The notes beneath the pieces are model-generated. The model saw only the letters and a program-made list of their open reading frames with translations. It was not told the DNA's origin and did no database searches. Below are positions 8,625 through 16,180 of a DNA stretch of 64,000 nucleotides, piece after piece. The DNA lies in NCBI GenBank assembly GCA_963777085.1, contig CAVZPI010000010.1, forward strand, positions 10,065 through 74,064, read 5' to 3'. The translations under genes and the position numbers were made by a program. The stretch comes from an uncultured Actinomycetes bacterium (GTDB lineage Bacteria; Actinomycetota; Actinomycetes; S36-B12). Within the stretch, counting starts at the first letter, position 1; each line of letters starts with the position of its first letter.

Positions 8625-9923
8625 CTACTCCTTGCCGAGCGTGAACGGACCGGCAGGCGCCGGGACCTTCAGTTGCTGCGGCCTCCTCGGGTTCCACGAC
8701 ATGGTCATCGGCCGGTTCATGATGCCGGGCTTGCCCTTCTCAGTGATCTGCACGAAGCCCTGGATCACGCAGTCGTTGTCGCGGCTGACGATGGTGCCCC
8801 TGAACTCGCCTCGAAGAGTGCCGTGGTTGCGTCCACCGCGCCACGCAGCCTTGACCGTCCGGCCGTTCTGGACGATCGCCCAGGACGGGTCGCTGTGGTA
8901 TCGGACTTGCCAGAACCCGCGCAGATGGGGGCGGTCCTTGAAGAACAGCGACCCGAACCTGTGGACGAAGTCGTACCGAGACTCGGCCCCGAAGGATGTC
9001 GTCGCGCCGGTTCCCTTGCAGTCCTTCAGTGCCTGCGTCGCCCACGAGGGCACCTGCTGGTCGCAGATGAGGCGCATGTCCTCCAGGAACCTGGTGTCCA
9101 CCTTCTTGCGGCTCCAGGTCAAGAAGTCGACCACGGCTCCTCCCTGGAAGGGATCGGCCACCTTGGCACCGGAGTAGCCCGCGTCATGGATCTTGCACGC
9201 CTCCCTGAAGTTAACGACGATGGTCTGCCCGCCTTCGTAGTAGGTGGAGGTGTCGCCAGCCTTCGGATCGGTACTCGCATCACCACCGCCGCAGCCGTTC
9301 GACACCGAGTCGAGTGTGACGAGCGCGTCCGGTAGGGGCGGCCAAGGCTCCTTCACGGTTGGGGTGGGCGTGGGAGTGGGAGTGGCGCCAGTCTGGACGA
9401 AGCCGGGTCCGATCCGAGTCAGGGCCGCACACTGCGTATAGGGGCCGGTATAGGCGCAGTACCAGTTCATCGCCTGGCCGCCGGGGTTCTCTGCCGTCTT
9501 CGGCCCGTTCGTTGGCACGAAGCCGCTCTTCCCCTCGTAGTAGCCCGGCTGGCCGGGCGCGATCGGGGTCCACGTGCAGGCACCGCTGGCGTCCTTCTTC
9601 AGCAGCCGCCACGGCCCGATGTAGTCCCCACCGTTCAGGTAGCCGCCCACGGTCTGCTGGGGGGTAAGGGTGTACAGCAAGTCGCCCGCATTGACGTCGC
9701 AGCCCTCGAACGTCTTCCACGCGGAGCCGGCACGGAATTCGTAGGCCGAGCCTCCCTTGGCAATCGCGTAGACATGTCCGTTGTCGACGTTGCGCCACGA
9801 ACCGACGATGTATCCGTTGATGTCGAAGCCGGCCGTCGTTGCGCTGAAGGCGGGGGCTGCGGCTACTGCAAGTACCAGCGTCGCGGCCGACATCGGCAGC
9901 ACTATGCGCGCCCACCTGATCAT
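8625..9923 (-). CDS. Secreted three-domain protein with a central prokaryotic phospholipase A2-like domain
   Basis: It has a signal peptide (LAVAAAPAFSA), a TPTPTPTPT linker and FREACKIHDAGY (nt 9174-9203), which matches the bacterial PLA2 C..HD.GY active-site motif. The Cys pattern around this motif also fits. Confidence 0.7.
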   Translation of the reverse strand: MIRWARIVLPMSAATLVLAVAAAPAFSATTAGFDINGYIVGSWRNVDNGHVYAIAKGGSAYEFRAGSAWKTFEGCDVNAGDLLYTLTPQQTVGGYLNGGDYIGPWRLLKKDASGACTWTPIAPGQPGYYEGKSGFVPTNGPKTAENPGGQAMNWYCAYTGPYTQCAALTRIGPGFVQTGATPTPTPTPTVKEPWPPLPDALVTLDSVSNGCGGGDASTDPKAGDTSTYYEGGQTIVVNFREACKIHDAGYSGAKVADPFQGGAVVDFLTWSRKKVDTRFLEDMRLICDQQVPSWATQALKDCKGTGATTSFGAESRYDFVHRFGSLFFKDRPHLRGFWQVRYHSDPSWAIVQNGRTVKAAWRGGRNHGTLRGEFRGTIVSRDNDCVIQGFVQITEKGKPGIMNRPMTMSWNPRRPQQLKVPAPAGPFTLGKE

Positions 9924-10143
9924 GCATCGACGCTACACCCGAGAAACAGGGGAGTCCTGAGCGTGAACCTCGTCATGGACGACGGCCCTGGCGTGGTGGG
10001 GACGGCCTCGGCGCCGTGGTCGCGATTCGCCCGTCGCCCCGCTCATTGACCCGCCGGTCGTGCCAAGATGGATAGCAGGTCGACGGCTCCTGTGAGACGT
10101 TGACAGGGGATGCGCCCCAACCGACGAATCGAAGGACCCAGCC

Positions 10144-10716
10144 ATGACTGACATGCCGCCCATGCCACCCGCTGCCCCCACGCCTCCCGGCACTCCGGGT
10201 GGAGCGCCGCAGAACGGGATGGGCACCGCGTCGATCGTGATGGCTGTCCTGCAGTTCGTCTGCCTCGGGCCGATCGCGTCGATCCTCGCGATCATCTTCG
10301 GCCGCATCGGCATGAACAAGGCGAAGCAGGGACTGGCGACCAATGGCGGCCTCGCGAAGGCAGGCTTCTGGCTCGGCATCGTCGGCCTGATCCTCACCGT
10401 CATCGGCGGGATCATCGCCGCACTCGTCATCGGGTTCGGAGTCAAGGCCGTGACCGACAGCGTCGACCCGGTCAAGAACTCCCAGACCGGCCTGGCCGAC
10501 GGCAACTACGACATGAACCCGAACGTGTCCACGTTCCTCAACCAGCGCTGCTCGTTCGGGGGATCACCGGTGAACACCGACACCGGGGAATCGCCGGCCG
10601 GGAGCGTGACGGTCGTCGGCGAGGGAACCGCCGAGTGCGGCGTCGGCATGGAGACGCCGGATGTCGTGGTCTTCACCGTGACGAGCGGGGTCGCGAGGAT
10701 CGTCGAAGTCCGCTGA
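10144..10716 (+). CDS. DUF4190 domain-containing membrane protein
   Basis: 190 aa. It has a Pro-rich N-terminus followed by two TM helices (ASIVMAVLQFVC...FGRIGMNKAKQG...AGFWLGIVGLILTVIGGII), typical of DUF4190. Confidence 0.7.
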   Translation: MTDMPPMPPAAPTPPGTPGGAPQNGMGTASIVMAVLQFVCLGPIASILAIIFGRIGMNKAKQGLATNGGLAKAGFWLGIVGLILTVIGGIIAALVIGFGVKAVTDSVDPVKNSQTGLADGNYDMNPNVSTFLNQRCSFGGSPVNTDTGESPAGSVTVVGEGTAECGVGMETPDVVVFTVTSGVARIVEVR

Positions 10717-10748
10717 CCCTGCGCTGCTCCGGATCCGGGGCAGGACGG

Positions 10749-11838
10749 CTACGGCTCGATCCGCAGCGCTGCTTGCATCCGCTGTGCCCAACCGTCGTCG
10801 TGGGTGACGCGGGCCACCAACTGGCCGCGGGCAGCCTGGACGGTCGCCTGCGTGCGGACCGCCACCGCCCAGCGCCCCAGCTCGTCGGTGGGCAGGGACA
10901 GCGCCTCCCGGCGGAAGGCGGTAAGGATCAGGCTGGCGTTGAGTCGATCGACGTCGTCGGTGGCGAAGACGAACGTGGCGCGGTCGTCACCGTCGACTGC
11001 TTCGACAGCGACCCGCGCACCCTCGCCTTCGCCGCGCGCGGCGAGGAGGAACGGCAGGCACGTGGTTCCTCCCTCCGTCCAGAGCCCGAGCCGCACGCCG
11101 TCAGGGCCCGCCCAGTCCGCGAGCCAGGCGGCCGATTCGGCTCGCCCGAGTGACAGCCAGGTGCGGTGGAGCAGGTCCCACCGTGGACCGGCCGCGGCCG
11201 CATCGACGGCCCAGCCGTCAGGGGCATCGAGGCCTCGAAGGTCGGGGTGAAACCCGATGTAGGCGGCGGCGGTGGCCTCGGCGAGGTCCGATCGGGCCCG
11301 CTGGATTCGTTGCTCGAACTCGTCCGAGCGGGCGCCGAGGCCGGCCAGGTCGACGCCGGGCAGGCTGCGCAGCTCGAAGGCGAAGGTCCATCCGTCGCGC
11401 CGTACTGCCCGTACGAGAGGGAGCGGCACGGTGACCGCGGCGCCGCCTCGGGGCTCGATGAGCAGGACATTCGGGAACAGCAGGACGTCGAGGATCGTCG
11501 GGGCAGTCTGGCCTGGGTGGACCGATCTCGCCTCGAAGCGCCTCGATGGGGTCGAAGCTCGTGGCCGTCAGGGCGGGTCGACGCGCCTCTCCTCGCAGTT
11601 CGCGGACCATTCGCGCGCACTCGTCGAACCGGGCACCCAGGTGCGTGGCGACGGCGACGGAGCCGTCGGCCAGGCTCAACTCGATCGAGTGCCCGCCGAA
11701 GACGGCATCGTCGGCGTCGAGCCATTCGACGCGTCGGGTCCCGAACGCGGCCCCATCCCCGTCGAGCGCCAGCCTCGACGGGATGCCGTCGACGCGGCAG
11801 GCGAAGTCGCTCGTCACGATCCGGTCGAGGTGCCGCAT
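10749..11838 (-). pseudogene. Hypothetical protein, one frameshift near 11520
   Basis: The N-terminal part (MRHLDRIVTSDFACRVDG...FDPIEALRGEIG) is in the frame of ORF 11218..11958. The remainder (HPGQTAPTILDVLLFPNVLLIEPRGG...PLPLVRAVRRDGW...) is in the frame of ORF 10749..11429. Confidence 0.55.
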
Positions 11839-12455
11839 TCGGAGCAGAACTTGGATCCCGACGGCAGCTGGCTGCCGCACTGTGCGCAGTCGACGATCGC
11901 GCTCAGCCTCTCGCCGCATTGGGGGCAGAACTTGCCGCCGGCGACCGAGGCCCCGCACCCGGGACAGGCGACCTTGGCACGAGTGGTGGTGTCCAGGTCG
12001 GCTGTCCAGTCGGTCTCCTGGACCTTCTGCCGGATCTGCTCGACCTGCGCCGCGGCCTGCGCCCGCGAGAGCTCATCGACCACGAACGGCGAGCAGTTCG
12101 CGCACTGCCCGATCTCCGCATTCCAGCACACGCTCGCGCAGACCCAGTTGCCGCAGGCGCGGCACTGCTCGAAGTGGGGCTGCACCGCCTCGACCGCCGC
12201 CGCGAGGGCCTTGTCCTTGGCTGCCGAGTTCGTGCCCCGGTCCAGGGCGGAGTCGGCCGCGTTGGTGATGTTCGACAGGGCACCGCCGAACAGGCCGCCG
12301 GCGGAACGAAGGAGCCCGCGGCCCCGTTCCACCATGTCCGCCTGGAAGGGGGATCGGTAGCCGTTGCCACAGCGCTCGCAGTTGAACTCGAACTGGTAGC
12401 CCTCGGTGTTCGACAGGTCGGTGAAGTTGTCCGTGAACGGAACCAGAGTAGACAC
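11814..12455 (-). CDS. Double zinc-ribbon domain protein
   Basis: It forms the C-terminal part of shadow-extended ORF 11814..14036. A GTG start is proposed at 12455 (STLVPFTDNF). It contains CERCG, CRACG, CPGCG..CPQCG and CAQCG..CSECG knuckles. It overlaps the next gene by 25 nt. Confidence 0.7.
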   Translation of the reverse strand: MSTLVPFTDNFTDLSNTEGYQFEFNCERCGNGYRSPFQADMVERGRGLLRSAGGLFGGALSNITNAADSALDRGTNSAAKDKALAAAVEAVQPHFEQCRACGNWVCASVCWNAEIGQCANCSPFVVDELSRAQAAAQVEQIRQKVQETDWTADLDTTTRAKVACPGCGASVAGGKFCPQCGERLSAIVDCAQCGSQLPSGSKFCSECGTSTGS

Positions 12456-12521
12456 GACCACATTATTGCCAGATTGGCGGCTCCGCGGGCGGATGTCAGA
12501 CCCCCGACGCACACTCGGCAC

Positions 12522-12959
12522 GTGGACGAGCTGTGGGAAGACCTGAGGCAGGAGCTGAGGCTCGACATCGGCGGGCTGGAGTTCCGGCAGTACGCCGTCA
12601 TCGAGTTCATGGCGGGGCTGGACCCGAACCCATACGCGCAGGTGGCCCGTGAGGCCAACGGCGACTGGTACTGCGAGGTGGTCTCCGCCCACTTCCTTCC
12701 GGCTCGCGCGTGGCCCATCGACGAGTTGGCGCTGGTGGCCGGGGGATGGGAGCCGCCGGACGACCCGCGGGCCAACTGGTCGATCGCCGCGGCAACAGGA
12801 GAGCAGGCCGTTGACCTGCTGGTCGAGGCGCTTCGGCACGGACGTGCCTGCGCCGACCCGGAAACGTTCACCTGGTTCACCGGCCAGTTCCCGCCGCCGC
12901 CGGACGACGGGCAGCGTGAGCCCGTGCTCCCTCCAGGCCCGTTCGGTCTGGCTGCCTGA
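12522..12959 (+). CDS. Hypothetical protein (YbjN/T3SS-chaperone-like fold suspected)
   Basis: This is the GC3-rich tail of ORF 11166..12959, with a GTG at 12522 (VDELWEDLRQELRLD...ANGDWYCEVVSAHF...). It lies divergent from the zinc-ribbon operon. Confidence 0.55.
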   Translation: MDELWEDLRQELRLDIGGLEFRQYAVIEFMAGLDPNPYAQVAREANGDWYCEVVSAHFLPARAWPIDELALVAGGWEPPDDPRANWSIAAATGEQAVDLLVEALRHGRACADPETFTWFTGQFPPPPDDGQREPVLPPGPFGLAA

Positions 12960-13031
12960 AAGCACGTCCGCCGCCCTCGAGAAGCCGCCGCTGCCAACCG
13001 CATGCGGTGCGCGTCTGCCTAGGCTGCATCC

Positions 13032-13880
13032 ATGACTGCGCTGCCTGAGCCACGGGACCTGTCGTCGAAGTCCTGCTCCTGCCACGCCTACCTGCACGGG
13101 GCTCAGGTGGTCGACTGGACGCCGAGCGGTGCGGAGGGCGTCCTGTGGCTCAGCCCGCTGGCGACGCTCGATTCCGCCGCGGCGATCCGTGGGGGAGTGC
13201 CGTTGGTCTTCCCATGGTTCGGCCCTGGCATGAGCGGGACGATGACGCCGGCGCACGGCTTCGGCCGTGTCAGCCAGTGGCGCCTGGAGTCCGTGGAGGC
13301 CGGGGCGGGCTCCACGATCGCGGTATTCGGACTCGACTCGAGCATGGCCACGAGCGACGAGTTCCGGCACGACTACAGCGCGCGCTACGTCGTCCGCGCG
13401 GGACAGCGGCTGGAACTCCAGATGACGATCACGAACACCGGCGCCACGTCGTTCGCCTTCGAGGAGGTCTTCCATGCCTATCTCGCGGTGGGCGACGTGC
13501 ACCAGGTGACGATCGAGGGACTCGATGGCGCCGAGTACGTCGACAAGGTCGGCGGCTCGACGGATCCACTGCCGGTGCAGTCGGGTCTGGTCACGCTGGG
13601 CACCGAGGTGGATCGCGTCTACCGGTCGTCGGCCGAGGTGCGCGTGGTCGATCCCGTGCTCAAGCGGGTGCTGGTGGTCCGCAAGGCCGGGTCCGGCAGC
13701 ACGGTCGTCTGGAATCCGGGGGCGGCGAAGGCCGCGGCCGCGGCCGACATCGGCCCAGACCACTGGCGCGAGTTCGTCTGCGTCGAGGCCGGCAACGTCC
13801 AGGCTGACGCCATCACCCTGGACCCGGGGCAGTCGACGGCGATGACGTGCACCTTCGACGTCGAGCCGTACTCGGCCTGA
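13032..13880 (+). CDS. D-hexose-6-phosphate mutarotase (aldose 1-epimerase family)
   Basis: 282 aa with the motifs GGVPLVFPWFGP, HGFGRVSQW and VVWNPG. Confidence 0.85.
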   Translation: MTALPEPRDLSSKSCSCHAYLHGAQVVDWTPSGAEGVLWLSPLATLDSAAAIRGGVPLVFPWFGPGMSGTMTPAHGFGRVSQWRLESVEAGAGSTIAVFGLDSSMATSDEFRHDYSARYVVRAGQRLELQMTITNTGATSFAFEEVFHAYLAVGDVHQVTIEGLDGAEYVDKVGGSTDPLPVQSGLVTLGTEVDRVYRSSAEVRVVDPVLKRVLVVRKAGSGSTVVWNPGAAKAAAAADIGPDHWREFVCVEAGNVQADAITLDPGQSTAMTCTFDVEPYSA

Positions 13881-13884
13881 CCTG

Positions 13885-14268
13885 TCAGTCGCGCCCGCGC
13901 AGGCGCTCGACCTGGCGGCGGTCGCGCTTGGTCGGTCGTCCCGCTCCGCGCTCGCGCACGACAGGCGCGGGTCCTGCCTCCCTCGGCAGGGGAGGCGGCG
14001 TGCGGTCCTCGTAGTTCTGCACCGCCAGGGTGGCACTCGTGCGCTTGTCGATGAGCCCGGTGACCACGACGATCCGCTCGCCCCCGATCGTGCGAGCCCG
14101 CACGATATCGCCGGGCCTGACCGGGTGCGCCGGCTTGGCGCTCGCCCCGTTCACCTTGACGTGGCCGGCCTTGCAGGCGGCGCTGGCGGCCGAGCGCGTC
14201 GGATAGATCCGCACCGCCCACGTCCAGGCGTCGGCCCGGACCGTCGTCAGCTCGGGTCGCGCGCTCAT
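13885..14268 (-). CDS. RNA-binding S4 domain protein (Hsp15-like)
   Basis: 127 aa with RADAWTWAVRIYPTRSAASAACKAGHVKVNG. Confidence 0.8.
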   Translation of the reverse strand: MSARPELTTVRADAWTWAVRIYPTRSAASAACKAGHVKVNGASAKPAHPVRPGDIVRARTIGGERIVVVTGLIDKRTSATLAVQNYEDRTPPPLPREAGPAPVVRERGAGRPTKRDRRQVERLRGRD

Positions 14269-14473
14269 GCCGGCAGCCTAGGACTTGCGGACGGCCTGCC
14301 CTGTGGTCAGCCGTACCTGATACCGAGTGCTGCAGCGCGTGGGCGAGCAACACGCGCCATCGGACCACCGCTCAGGGCCGGAGTCAACGCGAACGGCGCG
14401 CGTCGCGCCCGGTCCCTTCCCTAGGCTGATGGTCGTGGACACGTCTGCCTTCCCGAGAGGACAGGCGACGGCC

Positions 14474-15352
14474 ATGATCGGGGTCGTCGTCCTCTTCTAC
14501 GCCGCCATCACGGTGGTCCTCTCGATCAGCTGGGCCCGGCATGACGCGGGCCTCCAGATGCAGGTCGCCGGGCTGGGCCTATCGGTCATGTACATCGTGT
14601 GCGTGTGGCACTGCACGGTGGTGAAGGGCGGTCGTCAGGCGCTGCTGTTCTTCCCGTTCGCCGCGGCACTGACGTTCAGCGCGGAGTACGTCGGAAACAA
14701 CTTCGGCTGGATCTTCGGCGAGTACCACTACACCGAGAGCCTGGGTCCCCGCATCGGCGGCGTGCCCGTCCTCATCGTCGTGGTGTGGGGCGTCGTGCTG
14801 TACTCCTCGCGTTCGCTCGTCGCCTGGCTCGGTGGCGTGCCGGGCCGCAGGCGTGCTGGCACCTGGGTCGGCCGCATCGGCTGGAGTGCGCTGATCGCCG
14901 CGGCCACGGGCCTCGTGGCGGCCGCGTGGGACCTGATGGCCGATCCGATGGCCGTGTCGGGCGTGTGGATGGACGTGCTCGGGCTCAAGCCCTGGTGGTG
15001 GTGGGCAGGCGGCAGCTACCTGCCCGAACTGCAGGTGTGGCAGGGGGTGGGCGGGATCCCCGTTCAGAACTTCGTCGGGTGGTTCGGCGTCGCCTTCGTG
15101 ATCACCTTCGTCTACACGCTGATCATGGAGCGCCCTGATCGCATGACCGATCGCCTCGTCGACATCGTCCCCTGGCTGATCTACGCGTACCTCTACTACA
15201 CGATCGTGGGCGCCGTCCTCGAGATGAACTGGTACGACCCCGGCATCCACCAGGCCGTGCTCATCGGCACGTTCACCATGGGCCCGGTCATCCTCCTCGG
15301 CCTGATGCACGCCATCCGCACTCCCGGACGTGCCACCATTCCCCCGACATGA
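14474..15352 (+). CDS. Carotenoid biosynthesis protein family (PF04240-like) membrane protein
   Basis: Polytopic membrane protein with NFGWIFGEYHYTESLGPRIGGVPVLIVVVW. An ATG at 14474 was chosen within ORF 14327..15352. Confidence 0.6.
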   Translation: MIGVVVLFYAAITVVLSISWARHDAGLQMQVAGLGLSVMYIVCVWHCTVVKGGRQALLFFPFAAALTFSAEYVGNNFGWIFGEYHYTESLGPRIGGVPVLIVVVWGVVLYSSRSLVAWLGGVPGRRRAGTWVGRIGWSALIAAATGLVAAAWDLMADPMAVSGVWMDVLGLKPWWWWAGGSYLPELQVWQGVGGIPVQNFVGWFGVAFVITFVYTLIMERPDRMTDRLVDIVPWLIYAYLYYTIVGAVLEMNWYDPGIHQAVLIGTFTMGPVILLGLMHAIRTPGRATIPPT

Positions 15353-16155
15353 CGAATCGTTCGCGGATCACCGACGGCTACCTCGCCGCGCTGGGACTCC
15401 GGCGCGCCAAGGCCACGCCGGAGCTGCTCCGGGAGATCACCAGTCGGCACGTAGCGACGTTCGCCTTCAGCAGCATCGGGCCACGCCTTCGCGAGGACCT
15501 TCCGCTGGATGCAGCGTCGCTGTACGACCGCATCGTCCTTCGCAGGCGCGGCGGCTACTGCTTCGAGCAGAACGGACTGCTGTTCGAGGTCCTGCAGGAG
15601 CTGGGTTTCGAGGCCCGCCTCCACCTGGCGCGCGTGATCCACAACCAGGACACTCACCCGCCGCTGACCCATCGGGTCACCGTGGTGGAGATCGACGGGG
15701 ATCGCCTCCTCGTCGACGTGGGCTTCGGCTCTCTCGGGCCGCGCTTCCCCGTGTCGATGCCGAGCGAGTCGGACGGGACGCCGGATGGGGCCTTCCGGGT
15801 CGTCGAACGGCGGCCCGGCGAGTTCCACCTGCAGACGCTGAAGGACGCGGAGCCCTTCTCGCTGTACCGGTTCGAGCTGGCCCGCTATGGCCAGGCGGAC
15901 TGCGAGCTGGGTCACTTCTACTCGCACAGGCACCCGGCCGCGACCTTCGTGAACAACCTGGTGGTGTCGCGGATCCTCGAGGACGAGATCCGGTCTCTTC
16001 GCAACGGCACGTACTGGGTCATGGGTCTCGCTGGGGATCGCACGGTCGAGTTCCATGACGCGGACGAGCTGATGGCCGTGCTGCAGGGCGAGTTCGAGCT
16101 CGGCGTCACGCGCGAGGAGTGCCAGCGCCTGTTCGGCGAGCTGCCGCCGGCCTGA
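15349..16155 (+). CDS. nat: Arylamine N-acetyltransferase
   Basis: 268 aa. It has RRGGYCFEQNGL (catalytic Cys), THRVTVV and DVGFG motifs. ATGA overlap with the upstream gene. Confidence 0.85.
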   Translation: MTNRSRITDGYLAALGLRRAKATPELLREITSRHVATFAFSSIGPRLREDLPLDAASLYDRIVLRRRGGYCFEQNGLLFEVLQELGFEARLHLARVIHNQDTHPPLTHRVTVVEIDGDRLLVDVGFGSLGPRFPVSMPSESDGTPDGAFRVVERRPGEFHLQTLKDAEPFSLYRFELARYGQADCELGHFYSHRHPAATFVNNLVVSRILEDEIRSLRNGTYWVMGLAGDRTVEFHDADELMAVLQGEFELGVTREECQRLFGELPPA

Positions 16156-16180
16156 GCCATGCCCCCGTCCGATGCCCGCC

